Shown here: positions 1 to 8,260 of the stretch, piece after piece | Layout of the letters: every line of letters begins with the position of its first letter | Numbering within the stretch: the first letter of the stretch is position 1 | Assembly: GCA_026982355.1 (NCBI GenBank) | Contig: JALSHG010000012.1 | Span: 30,579-94,578 of the forward strand | DNA length: 64,000 nucleotides | Reading direction: 5' to 3' | DNA from: Thermodesulfovibrio sp. | GTDB lineage: Bacteria; Nitrospirota; Thermodesulfovibrionia; UBA6902 | Program-made: the position numbers and the translations under genes | The notes under the pieces: model-generated | What the model was told of the DNA's origin: nothing | What the model saw: only the letters and a program-made list of their open reading frames with translations | Databases searched by the model: none

Positions 1-470
1 AGGGCCTGTTTGATTCAATATGGTACTTCCCCGTGATACGCAATACCACATTCAGCATACGCGGCAGATTCGGTTATGCCACGGGCTTTGCAGGCAGGGA
101 CCTCCCCCTGTATGAACGCTTCTACGTGGGGGGGATCAACACGGTAAGGGGCCTTGGTTTCGGAGAGGGGGGGCCGAGAAACGAACAGGATGAAAAGATC
201 GGCGGCAACAAGGAGCTTATCTTCAATAACGAATATATCATACCCATTGCAAAGGACATCAGGCTTAAAGGCGTCCTGTTCTTTGACTACGGCGCCTCTT
301 TCGACAAGAGCGACAATATATCCCTGCGCGATATGAGAAGCACCGCCGGATTCGGTTTCAGGTGGATGTCACCGTTCGGACCCATAAGACTGGAATGGGG
401 GTACAACCTGGACCCGAGAGAGGGGGAGAGCAACAACAGGCTTGAATTCACAATGGGAGGAGTCTTTTAA
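1..470 (+). CDS. bamA: Outer membrane protein assembly factor BamA, C-terminal beta-barrel portion (5'-truncated by window edge)
   Basis: Translation ...RFGYATGFAGRDLPLYERFYVGGINTVRG...LEWGYNL...EFTMGGVF ends in an aromatic residue, typical of the Omp85/BamA C-terminal barrel; followed by skp-lpxD-fabZ-lpxA as in the canonical bamA cluster. Confidence 0.85.
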   Translation, partial: GLFDSIWYFPVIRNTTFSIRGRFGYATGFAGRDLPLYERFYVGGINTVRGLGFGEGGPRNEQDEKIGGNKELIFNNEYIIPIAKDIRLKGVLFFDYGASFDKSDNISLRDMRSTAGFGFRWMSPFGPIRLEWGYNLDPREGESNNRLEFTMGGVF

Positions 471-488
471 TACAAGAGGGGAGGCTTT

Positions 489-1034
489 ATGAGAAAAACG
501 GTTTTCGTGACAATTCTGTCGGTATTTGCGCTTGCCCTGAGCGCACAGGCATCGGACCTGAAGATCGGTTACGTGGATTTGAACAGGGCGTTGAACCAGT
601 CCGATGAGGGCAGGAAGGCCGTAAAGGTGCTGAAAGACATGCTCAGGGCCAACAAGGAACGTCTGATCAAAAAGAACGAAGAGATCAAAAAGCTCGAGGA
701 GGAGATCGCCAAACAGGCTTCCATCCTCAATCCGGAGGCCATAAAGAAAAAGAAGGAGGAGCGTGAAAGGCTCATCAGGGACTTTCAGAGGCTGCGGCGG
801 GATTCCGAGGATGAATACCGTAAGAAAGAAAACGACTTTGTGCAGAAGATATTCGGGGAGATGCGGGTCATCCTGGCCGAGATAGCCGCCGGGGAAGGCT
901 ACACCGTGGTCTTTGAAAAAAACGAGGGCGGCATACTCTATATATCGAAGAAGCTGGACCTGACCGACAAGTTAATCAGCGAATTCAACAAAAGATCTTC
1001 GGAAAAAGCCGCGAAAGGTAAAAAAAGCAAGTAG
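489..1034 (+). CDS. skp: Periplasmic chaperone Skp/OmpH
   Basis: 181 aa, signal peptide (ALALSAQA), charged coiled-coil K/E-rich body, position between bamA and lpxD. Confidence 0.85.
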   Translation: MRKTVFVTILSVFALALSAQASDLKIGYVDLNRALNQSDEGRKAVKVLKDMLRANKERLIKKNEEIKKLEEEIAKQASILNPEAIKKKKEERERLIRDFQRLRRDSEDEYRKKENDFVQKIFGEMRVILAEIAAGEGYTVVFEKNEGGILYISKKLDLTDKLISEFNKRSSEKAAKGKKSK

Positions 1035-1062
1035 TCTCAACAGTCGGTGACGGCCCAACACC

Positions 1063-2070
1063 ATGAAACTCAGGGAACTGGCAGATATTACAGGCGGCAG
1101 GGTATCCGGTGATCCGGATGTTGAAATAACGGGGGTATCGGGGATAAAGGAGGCCGGCGAAGGGGATATCACGCTCCTGTCGGACAGGAAATACCTTGAG
1201 GACGTCCTGAATTCACACGCCTCGGCCGTGATTGTAAGGGAAGAGCCTGAGGGGCTGAAGGCAAGCATGCTCGTTGTGGACAACCCGCAGCTTGCCTTTG
1301 CAAAGGCGCTGGAGGTCTTTTACGGGAAACCCTTCAGGCCGGCGGGCGTCAGTGAACGGGCCGTTGTCGGCGCCAACGTCGGCATGGGCGAGGATGTCTC
1401 CATACATCCGCTTGCCTGTATAGGCAACAACGTCACGCTCGGGGCGCGGGTCGTCATATTCCCGGGGGTTTATATCGGCGAAGATGTCTCTATAGGCGAT
1501 GACTCGGTCGTTCACGCCAATGCAACCATCAGGGAGAATGTGAGGATCGGCAGCAGGGTGACGGTCCATGCAGGCGCGGTTATCGGAGCCGACGGCTTCG
1601 GGTATGTATCTGAAAAGGGGGTGCATCATAAAATCCCCCAGGTCGGGGGCGTGATAATCGAGGATGACGTTGAGATTGGGGCGAATGTTGTAATCGACAG
1701 GGCCACGACCGGCAATACGGTTGTGGGATGCGGCACAAAGATCGACAATCTCGTCCAGGTCGCCCATAATGTAACAATAGGCAAACATTGTATAATAGTA
1801 GCCCAGACCGGCATCAGCGGCAGCGTGGAGATCGGCGACGGGGTGGTGCTCGGAGGCCAGGTGGGGGTCAGGGATCACGTGAAGATAGGCGGCAGGGCCA
1901 TGGCAGGCGCACAGTCGGGCGTCACCGGCGATATCCCGGCGGGGGAGGTGTATTCCGGGACCCCGGCGATCCCGCACAGGACCTGGCTGCGCGCGCAGGG
2001 CATATACGCAAAGCTGCCGGAGTACGTGAGGCGCCTGCGGGACCTGGAGAGAAAGCTCAACCGCGTCTGA
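1063..2070 (+). CDS. lpxD: UDP-3-O-(3-hydroxyacyl)glucosamine N-acyltransferase LpxD
   Basis: 335 aa, left-handed beta-helix hexapeptide repeats, N-terminal [12 protein letters not shown]... typical LpxD. Confidence 0.93.
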   Translation: MKLRELADITGGRVSGDPDVEITGVSGIKEAGEGDITLLSDRKYLEDVLNSHASAVIVREEPEGLKASMLVVDNPQLAFAKALEVFYGKPFRPAGVSERAVVGANVGMGEDVSIHPLACIGNNVTLGARVVIFPGVYIGEDVSIGDDSVVHANATIRENVRIGSRVTVHAGAVIGADGFGYVSEKGVHHKIPQVGGVIIEDDVEIGANVVIDRATTGNTVVGCGTKIDNLVQVAHNVTIGKHCIIVAQTGISGSVEIGDGVVLGGQVGVRDHVKIGGRAMAGAQSGVTGDIPAGEVYSGTPAIPHRTWLRAQGIYAKLPEYVRRLRDLERKLNRV

Positions 2071-2109
2071 AATTCCGCTTGCGGATTTAGCATAAGGAGG
2101 GACAGTTAC

Positions 2110-2550
2110 ATGATGAACAGCCGTGAAATACAAAACATCCTGCCCCACAGATTCCCCTTTCTCCTGGTGGACAGGATTACCGAGATACAGCCCAATGCAA
2201 AGGCAGTGGGCATTAAGAACGTCACCATCAACGAGCCGTTCTTTCAGGGGCATTTCCCCGACTATCCCATAATGCCCGGGGTGCTGGTCATAGAGGCCAT
2301 GGCGCAGGTCTCGGGGATACTGGCCTCTCATTCGGGAGCAAAGGGGAAATCCGTATTTTTCATGAGTATAGAGAAAGCCAAGTTCAGAAAGCCCATAATC
2401 CCGGGGGACCAACTGCGCCTGGAGGTTAACGTCCTGCAGCACAGGAGCAATGTGTGGAAATTTTCAGGCCAGGCGTTTGTGGACACCAGGCTTGTTGCGG
2501 AGGCCGAATTCACGGCCATGGTCACTGAAGAGGAATTGAAAAATGGCTAA
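2110..2550 (+). CDS. fabZ: 3-hydroxyacyl-ACP dehydratase FabZ
   Basis: 146 aa, ILPHRFPFLLVDRI motif and hot-dog fold; strong RBS AAGGAGGG upstream. Confidence 0.95.
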   Translation: MMNSREIQNILPHRFPFLLVDRITEIQPNAKAVGIKNVTINEPFFQGHFPDYPIMPGVLVIEAMAQVSGILASHSGAKGKSVFFMSIEKAKFRKPIIPGDQLRLEVNVLQHRSNVWKFSGQAFVDTRLVAEAEFTAMVTEEELKNG

Positions 2551-3322
2551 GCCGAAGATTCACCGTACGGCTATTGTTGACCCCGGTGCGAAACTCTCCG
2601 AGGGGGTGGAGATAGGCCCTTACTGCATTGTGGGCAAAAGGGTGAAACTCGGTGAAAACACCAGGCTTTTTTCGAATGTGGTCATAGAAGAAACGGAGAT
2701 GGGCCGTAACTGTGTTGTATACCCCTTTACCTCGATAGGGCTCCCCCCGCAGGACATCAGATACAAGGGCGAAAAAACAGCGGTCAGGATAGGCGACGAC
2801 AATATCATAAGGGAATATATCACCATTCACCGCGGCTCCGTGGGCGGGGACAAGGCGACAAGGATAGGAAACAACAATTTCCTGATGGCTTATGTGCATA
2901 TCGCCCATGACTGCAATATAGGCAACCACGTGATAATGGCCAATGCAACCACGCTGGCGGGCCATGTGGTTGTGGAGGATTATGCATTCATAGGTGGGCT
3001 TGTCGCCGTGCACCAGTTTACGAAAATAGGGGCCTATTCAATGATAGGCGGTTTCAGCGCGATCCCGCAGGATATTCCGCCTTTTACGACCGCCGCGGGC
3101 GACAGGGCGAAACTCTACGGCCTGAACACCGTGGGCCTGAAACGCCAGAATTTCAAGGACTCGACGATCAAGGACCTCAAAAAGGCCTACAAGATATTGT
3201 TCCGCAGCAAGCTTACCCTGAAGGAGGCCATAAACAAATTAAAAAATGAGGTCGGGCAGTCGGATGAGATCAAATATCTCATCCGGTTTATTGAAGAAAA
3301 CAAGAGAGGGATATGCCGCTGA
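2543..3322 (+). CDS. lpxA: Acyl-ACP--UDP-N-acetylglucosamine O-acyltransferase LpxA
   Basis: 259 aa hexapeptide-repeat protein directly after fabZ. Confidence 0.93.
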   Translation: MAKPKIHRTAIVDPGAKLSEGVEIGPYCIVGKRVKLGENTRLFSNVVIEETEMGRNCVVYPFTSIGLPPQDIRYKGEKTAVRIGDDNIIREYITIHRGSVGGDKATRIGNNNFLMAYVHIAHDCNIGNHVIMANATTLAGHVVVEDYAFIGGLVAVHQFTKIGAYSMIGGFSAIPQDIPPFTTAAGDRAKLYGLNTVGLKRQNFKDSTIKDLKKAYKILFRSKLTLKEAINKLKNEVGQSDEIKYLIRFIEENKRGICR

Positions 3323-4161
3323 AGGCGTCCGGTGAATCAGGAGCATCCAGGACACTGGGGCTTATCGCGGGAACGGGCGACCTGCCGGGTGCGGTTGCAT
3401 CCGGAGCAAAGAAAATGGGCTACAGGGTCGTGGCGATAGCCCTGCAGCCGCCTGCGGACGAGTCGTTGAAACCGGTTGCGGATGATTTCCACAGGATAAA
3501 TATCGGCCGGTTCGGTGGCCTGATAAATCTGCTCAAGAAACTGTCCGTCACCGAGGCGGTTATGGCGGGGAAGGTGCCCAAACGCCTCCTTTACGCAAAC
3601 AAGGCAAGCCTTGTCCCTGACCTGAAGGCCGTGAAGCTGCTCTTCTCACTGAAAAACCGCTCGGACGACACCATTATGAAGGCCGTTGTCGGGGAGCTGG
3701 AAAAAAACGGCATCAGACTCCACAAGACAACCGCCTTTACAAAGGACCTGCTTGCCCCTGAAGGGGTGATGACACGCAGGAGACCCTCAAAGGGCGAGAT
3801 GCAGGACATAGAGTTCGGATGGGGCATCGCCAGGAAGATAGGCCGGCTGGACATCGGCCAGACAGTTGTCGTAAAGGATCAGGCTGTCATGGCGGTTGAA
3901 GCCATTGAGGGAACGGACGAGGCCGTCAGGAGAGGCGGCGTCCTTGCGGGAAAGGATGCGGTCGTGGTGAAGGTGAGCAAGCCGCAGCAGGATATGCGTT
4001 TTGACGTGCCTGTCGCGGGCGGCGGCACTCTCAGCGCAATGAAAACCTCGGGGGCAAGGGTGCTGGCGGTTGAAGCCGGAAAGTGCATCATTATTGACAG
4101 GGAGAACTTCATAAAGGAAGCCGACAGGGCGGGCATTGTGGTGGTGGGAATAAAGAAATGA
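3313..4161 (+). CDS. lpxI: UDP-2,3-diacylglucosamine hydrolase LpxI (DUF1009 family)
   Basis: 282 aa, overlaps lpxA stop, N-terminal LGLIAGTGDLP motif typical of LpxI found after lpxA in LpxH-less bacteria. Confidence 0.8.
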   Translation: MPLKASGESGASRTLGLIAGTGDLPGAVASGAKKMGYRVVAIALQPPADESLKPVADDFHRINIGRFGGLINLLKKLSVTEAVMAGKVPKRLLYANKASLVPDLKAVKLLFSLKNRSDDTIMKAVVGELEKNGIRLHKTTAFTKDLLAPEGVMTRRRPSKGEMQDIEFGWGIARKIGRLDIGQTVVVKDQAVMAVEAIEGTDEAVRRGGVLAGKDAVVVKVSKPQQDMRFDVPVAGGGTLSAMKTSGARVLAVEAGKCIIIDRENFIKEADRAGIVVVGIKK

Positions 4162-5081
4162 TAAGGGTCGCGGTCATAGGCGCAGGCTCGATCGGGTATC
4201 ATCACGCGAGGATATTCTCAGGCCTGGAAGGTGTGGAGCTTGCCGCTGTAGTGGATATTGATCCGCAGAGGGCGCGGCAGGTCGCATCGGAATACAACTG
4301 CGCGGCGTGCGTTGATTACATGGATATCATCGGCTCCGTGGATGCGGCCAGCATTGCGGCGCCTACCACGCTGCACTTCCGGATAGGGATGGACATCCTG
4401 AAACACGGCAGGAACCTGCTCATTGAAAAGCCGGTGACAACGACTGTCGAAGAGGCCGATGCGCTTATCCGCGAGGCTGAAAAGAGAAATCTCGTGCTCC
4501 AGGTGGGGCACCTTGAAAGATTCAACCCGGGGGTCTCCATGCTGAGCAGGCAGGTGGACAGACCGGATTTTATCGAATGCCGCAGGCTGTCCCCTTTTCT
4601 CGGAAGGGGCGCTGATGTGGATGTCACACTTGACTTAATGATACACGACATAGATATAATATTAAGTTTGGTGAACTCCGGTATTACCGATATCCGCGCC
4701 ACGGGGGCAAAGGTCCTGACTGAAAATATCGATACGGCCCGTGCATGGATTGAATTTGAAAACGGCTGCATCGCCGAGGCCTCGGCAAGCAGGATAGAGA
4801 AGGAAAAGACCCGGCGGCTCAGGATATTCCAGCGCGGGTCACTGATGGACCTGGACTATCGGACACAGGAGATAACCTGCCGCAGGGGTCTCAACGGCAG
4901 TGCGGCCGAGATCAAGAGGCCGGAGCCGAAAGAGCCGCTCAGGGAAGAGCTCATATCTTTTATGGAATGCGTGCGCAACGGGACAAGGCCCGCTGTCTCG
5001 GGGCATGAGGGCAGGGAGGCCCTGAGGGTCGCATTAAAGATATCCGGGCTGGTTAATGAAGGGCTCCGGACATACAACTGA
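4158..5081 (+). CDS. Gfo/Idh/MocA-family NAD-dependent oxidoreductase; candidate UDP-GlcNAc 3-dehydrogenase (GnnA-like)
   Basis: N-terminal Rossmann MIRVAVIGAGSIGYHHARIF; embedded in lipid A cluster and followed by a DegT aminotransferase, matching the GnnA/GnnB arrangement. Confidence 0.65.
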   Translation: MIRVAVIGAGSIGYHHARIFSGLEGVELAAVVDIDPQRARQVASEYNCAACVDYMDIIGSVDAASIAAPTTLHFRIGMDILKHGRNLLIEKPVTTTVEEADALIREAEKRNLVLQVGHLERFNPGVSMLSRQVDRPDFIECRRLSPFLGRGADVDVTLDLMIHDIDIILSLVNSGITDIRATGAKVLTENIDTARAWIEFENGCIAEASASRIEKEKTRRLRIFQRGSLMDLDYRTQEITCRRGLNGSAAEIKRPEPKEPLREELISFMECVRNGTRPAVSGHEGREALRVALKISGLVNEGLRTYN

Positions 5082-5086
5082 CGACA

Positions 5087-6211
5087 ATGATAAAAACCGT
5101 TCACAGTAAAGCTTCCATACCCATGCTTGACCTCAAGGCCCAGCATGAGCCGCTGCAGGAGGAAATAAAATCAGTTCTGAAAGAGATACTGGACAGCGGC
5201 CAGTTCGTGCTGGGGCCCAACGTGGAATCCCTTGAGCAGGAGATAGCGTCATACTGCAATGTCAAAAACGCCGTGGCCCTTGCATCCGGCACCGATGCGC
5301 TGCACCTGTGTCTGCACGCCCTCGGCATAACCTCGGGCGACGAGGTGATCACCACGCCGTTCACCTTTATTGCGTCCGCAGAGGCAATCACTTATGTGGG
5401 GGCCAGGCCGGTCTTTGTTGATATAGACGGCGATACACTGAATATAGACGCCGCAAAGATAGAAGAAAAGATAACCCCCAGGACGAAGGCCATAGTCGTT
5501 GTTCACCTTTTCGGCCAGCCTGCGGACATGAAAGAGATCATGAACATTGCAGGAAGATACAATCTCAGGGTGATCGAAGACTGCGCCCAGGCCTTCGGGG
5601 CCACATATGGCGGTGTTCCCGTAGGAAGCATGGGCGATTCCGGGTGTTTCAGCTTTTATCCGAGCAAGAACCTCGGCGCCTACGGCGACGGCGGCATGAT
5701 GATAACAAACAATCCGGGCATATACGAAAAGGTGAGGCTCCTCAGAAACCACGGGACCGTCGGCCCCTACCGGCATGGTTTCCTGGGTTACAACAGCAGG
5801 CTGGATGAAATCCAGGCCGCCATACTCAGGATAAAATTAAGGCACATAGACGAATACAATGAAAAGAGGCGCGGCATCGCAAAACTGTACTCCTCCGTGC
5901 TCGGCGGCGCTGTCAGGTGCCCGGTGGAGCTGGAGGACAGGGTGCATGTCTATCACCAGTACACCATAAGGACACCGTTCAGGGGCGAGGTGAAGAAGGC
6001 CCTTGCCGGGCATTCCATATCATCCGTTGTCTATTACCCGCTTTCACTCCATATGCAGGAGGCGTTCAGGTATCTCGGTTATTCGGAGGGCGACTTCCCG
6101 GAGAGCGAGGCGGCGGCGAGGGAGGTACTGTCACTTCCGATTTATCCGGAGCTTGACCCCGGGGCGGCGAATTTTATTGCAGAGACCGTCCTGAAGGCGC
6201 TCGGCGCTTAG
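5087..6211 (+). CDS. DegT/DnrJ/EryC1/StrS-family PLP aminotransferase; candidate UDP-3-keto-GlcNAc aminotransferase (GnnB-like)
   Basis: 374 aa; LDLKAQ motif near the N-terminus and sugar aminotransferase fold; partner of the upstream oxidoreductase. Confidence 0.65.
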   Translation: MIKTVHSKASIPMLDLKAQHEPLQEEIKSVLKEILDSGQFVLGPNVESLEQEIASYCNVKNAVALASGTDALHLCLHALGITSGDEVITTPFTFIASAEAITYVGARPVFVDIDGDTLNIDAAKIEEKITPRTKAIVVVHLFGQPADMKEIMNIAGRYNLRVIEDCAQAFGATYGGVPVGSMGDSGCFSFYPSKNLGAYGDGGMMITNNPGIYEKVRLLRNHGTVGPYRHGFLGYNSRLDEIQAAILRIKLRHIDEYNEKRRGIAKLYSSVLGGAVRCPVELEDRVHVYHQYTIRTPFRGEVKKALAGHSISSVVYYPLSLHMQEAFRYLGYSEGDFPESEAAAREVLSLPIYPELDPGAANFIAETVLKALGA

Positions 6212-6226
6212 CCGGGTTGCCGGTAC

Positions 6227-8035
6227 TCAGTCGGTTTCCGTGATCTTTATGACCTGCCCCACGTATAACCGCGTGGATTTGAGGTTGTTGATCCGTTCAA
6301 GGGTCTTTGTGTTTGTATTGAATCTCCTGGCAATCAGCCAGAGCGAATCCCCCTTTTTGATACGGTACAGGCCGTCCGGCGGCAGACCCACCTTTGATGC
6401 GCGGAGGTTTCTGTATGAGACGCTGTAGGAGCTGTCCCTCAGGGGTATTTTCAGTTTCTGGCCCACCCGGATGAAATGTTTGCGCCGTATATCGTTGGCC
6501 ATGATTATCTTCCTGACGGTCGTGCGGTATTTCATGGCTATAAGCGACAGTGTCTCGCCTTTCTTGACCCTGTGGTATACATATGCGTTCTCCGGAGGAG
6601 CCCAGCCGGGTATCTCCTCGAGCTTTGCAAGCAGCACCTCGGTCATGCCTGCAGGCACCTTGAGCGCATACGGCGTGGCCGGCGTCACCTGATAACGCAG
6701 CTCGGGATTCAGTTCCCTGAGCACTTTCAGAGGGATGCCCAGTTCCCCGGCCACCGTCTTCAGGAGAACCGGTTTTTCGATGGTTACGGATTCATACAGT
6801 ACCGGCGGATCCGGCTCTCCCAGTTTGAATCCGTATTTTTCCGGGTCTTTCAGGATGTGCAGGGTTGCCAGGAATTTCGGGACATACCGCGCGGTCTCCC
6901 GTGGAAGCTCCCTGTACAGGTCCCAGAAGTTGTCGAGGTAATTGATCCTCTGATTGCGGATCGTCCTCAGGACGGTCCCTTCCCCGCAGTTGTAACCCGC
7001 AAGCACAGTTGTCCAGTCTCCGAAGATATTGTGCAGCTCTTTCAGGTAGGCGATGGCGGCCCTGGTCGATTTTTCGGGGTCCAGCCTTTCGTCGACCCAC
7101 GTGTCCCTCTTCAGGCCGAACTTCGAGCCCGTGGAGGAAATGAACTGCCACAGGCCCAGGGCGCGTGCGCGGGACATGGCCCTGACCTTGAAGCCGCTCT
7201 CTATCAGGGGCAGCCAGGCAAGGTCCTCGGGCAGGCCGGCCTCTTTCAGGGCGGCCACTATCATATTCATGTATCTTCCGGAGCGCTTGTACGACTCCAG
7301 GAAAAACCTGCGGTCCGGCCCCTGGAACCTTTTAATCTCCTTTGCCACGTGCTCATTCATTGTCAGGGGAATCTCGTTATGGTTCCCGTTGACCGCCGTG
7401 TACCGCGAGGCGTATATCTCCAGGATCCTCTTTGAAATCATGAAGCGCAGGTCTTCCTTCTGCTGGATCAGTTCGGGATATTCGTTGATATCAACCTGAA
7501 GGACAAGGGCGTATGCCTGGTCCAGCATCTCTATGGCCTTCTCAAGGTTGCCCTCGGACCAGAACTCCTGGGCCGCATTGCTATAGTCCAGGGCCGCATC
7601 AAGGAGGTTCTGCTCCTTTCCCGTGTCCTCCGTGTCATCATAGAATCCCACATCCTGGATTTTCTCCACGGGGATGTTTTCCGTGTTTCCGGCATCCGGC
7701 GCTGCCCGGACCGTCTCCATGTCCGTCTCATCGACCGGTTCATTGTCATTGCCGCCGGCGTTGCAGTCCGCACAGGCTTTATCATTTTCATCGGTTGGAT
7801 TTACATCCGCAGCCTCGCTTTTTTCTTCCGGTTCCGGTTCTTTCATTTGTTCGCTGCGGGGTTCCGCCTTCACGTCCGGGGCATCTTCATTCCCCTCAAC
7901 CATTATGGCAGGCGGAGCGGCGGCTTCGGGCGGCCTGTTTATCCGGAAGTTGCCAAGGAGTGTGTTGGGAAGGCTGCAGCCGAACGCCAGGACGGAAAGC
8001 AGCAGGACCACGTATCTGAAATCAAGCATATTCAT
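6227..8035 (-). CDS. mltD: Membrane-bound lytic murein transglycosylase D-like (SLT domain plus two C-terminal LysM domains) with long acidic N-terminal low-complexity region
   Basis: 602 aa; lipoprotein-like signal (LAFGC); SLT motifs LPLIESGF, GLWQF, AGYNCGEG; LysM repeats YHRVKKGETLSLIA and YRIKKGDSLWLIA. Confidence 0.8.
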   Translation of the reverse strand: MNMLDFRYVVLLLSVLAFGCSLPNTLLGNFRINRPPEAAAPPAIMVEGNEDAPDVKAEPRSEQMKEPEPEEKSEAADVNPTDENDKACADCNAGGNDNEPVDETDMETVRAAPDAGNTENIPVEKIQDVGFYDDTEDTGKEQNLLDAALDYSNAAQEFWSEGNLEKAIEMLDQAYALVLQVDINEYPELIQQKEDLRFMISKRILEIYASRYTAVNGNHNEIPLTMNEHVAKEIKRFQGPDRRFFLESYKRSGRYMNMIVAALKEAGLPEDLAWLPLIESGFKVRAMSRARALGLWQFISSTGSKFGLKRDTWVDERLDPEKSTRAAIAYLKELHNIFGDWTTVLAGYNCGEGTVLRTIRNQRINYLDNFWDLYRELPRETARYVPKFLATLHILKDPEKYGFKLGEPDPPVLYESVTIEKPVLLKTVAGELGIPLKVLRELNPELRYQVTPATPYALKVPAGMTEVLLAKLEEIPGWAPPENAYVYHRVKKGETLSLIAMKYRTTVRKIIMANDIRRKHFIRVGQKLKIPLRDSSYSVSYRNLRASKVGLPPDGLYRIKKGDSLWLIARRFNTNTKTLERINNLKSTRLYVGQVIKITETD

Positions 8036-8260
8036 CTTACAGTCCGTTTCAGCCCGTTTCAGCAGTTTACCTTCATACAGCCTTTATTTTACATAATCCG
8101 GCACGCAATATGCAATTACAAAAAGCAATATATATTACGGGGCAAAAAATGGCATTGCCCACCAAATTCATTGAAAATCAAATAGTTAGATGTGAACCGT
8201 TGTCCCCTCAATGTCATATTGATGACAAGCACCATTTCTTATTGAAACGGTATATTGTAT

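Noticed and set aside
1213-2442. 409-aa ORF antisense to lpxD/fabZ; similar long antisense ORFs at 6476-7435, 8255-9073, 12702-13196, 13327-14229, 14441-15328, 17952-19157, 18853-19692, 34266-35633, 41527-42756, 49459-50166, 54485-55408, 57191-57982, 58013-58783, 60045-61139 and 61930-62709
   Set aside because: Each lies opposite a gene with clear family motifs and has no recognisable domain. Long spurious antisense ORFs are expected in GC-rich coding DNA.
7513-8019. 168-aa Pro/Cys-rich ORF
   Set aside because: Antisense to the acidic linker of the mltD-like gene; its composition is the mirror of the GC-rich codons opposite.
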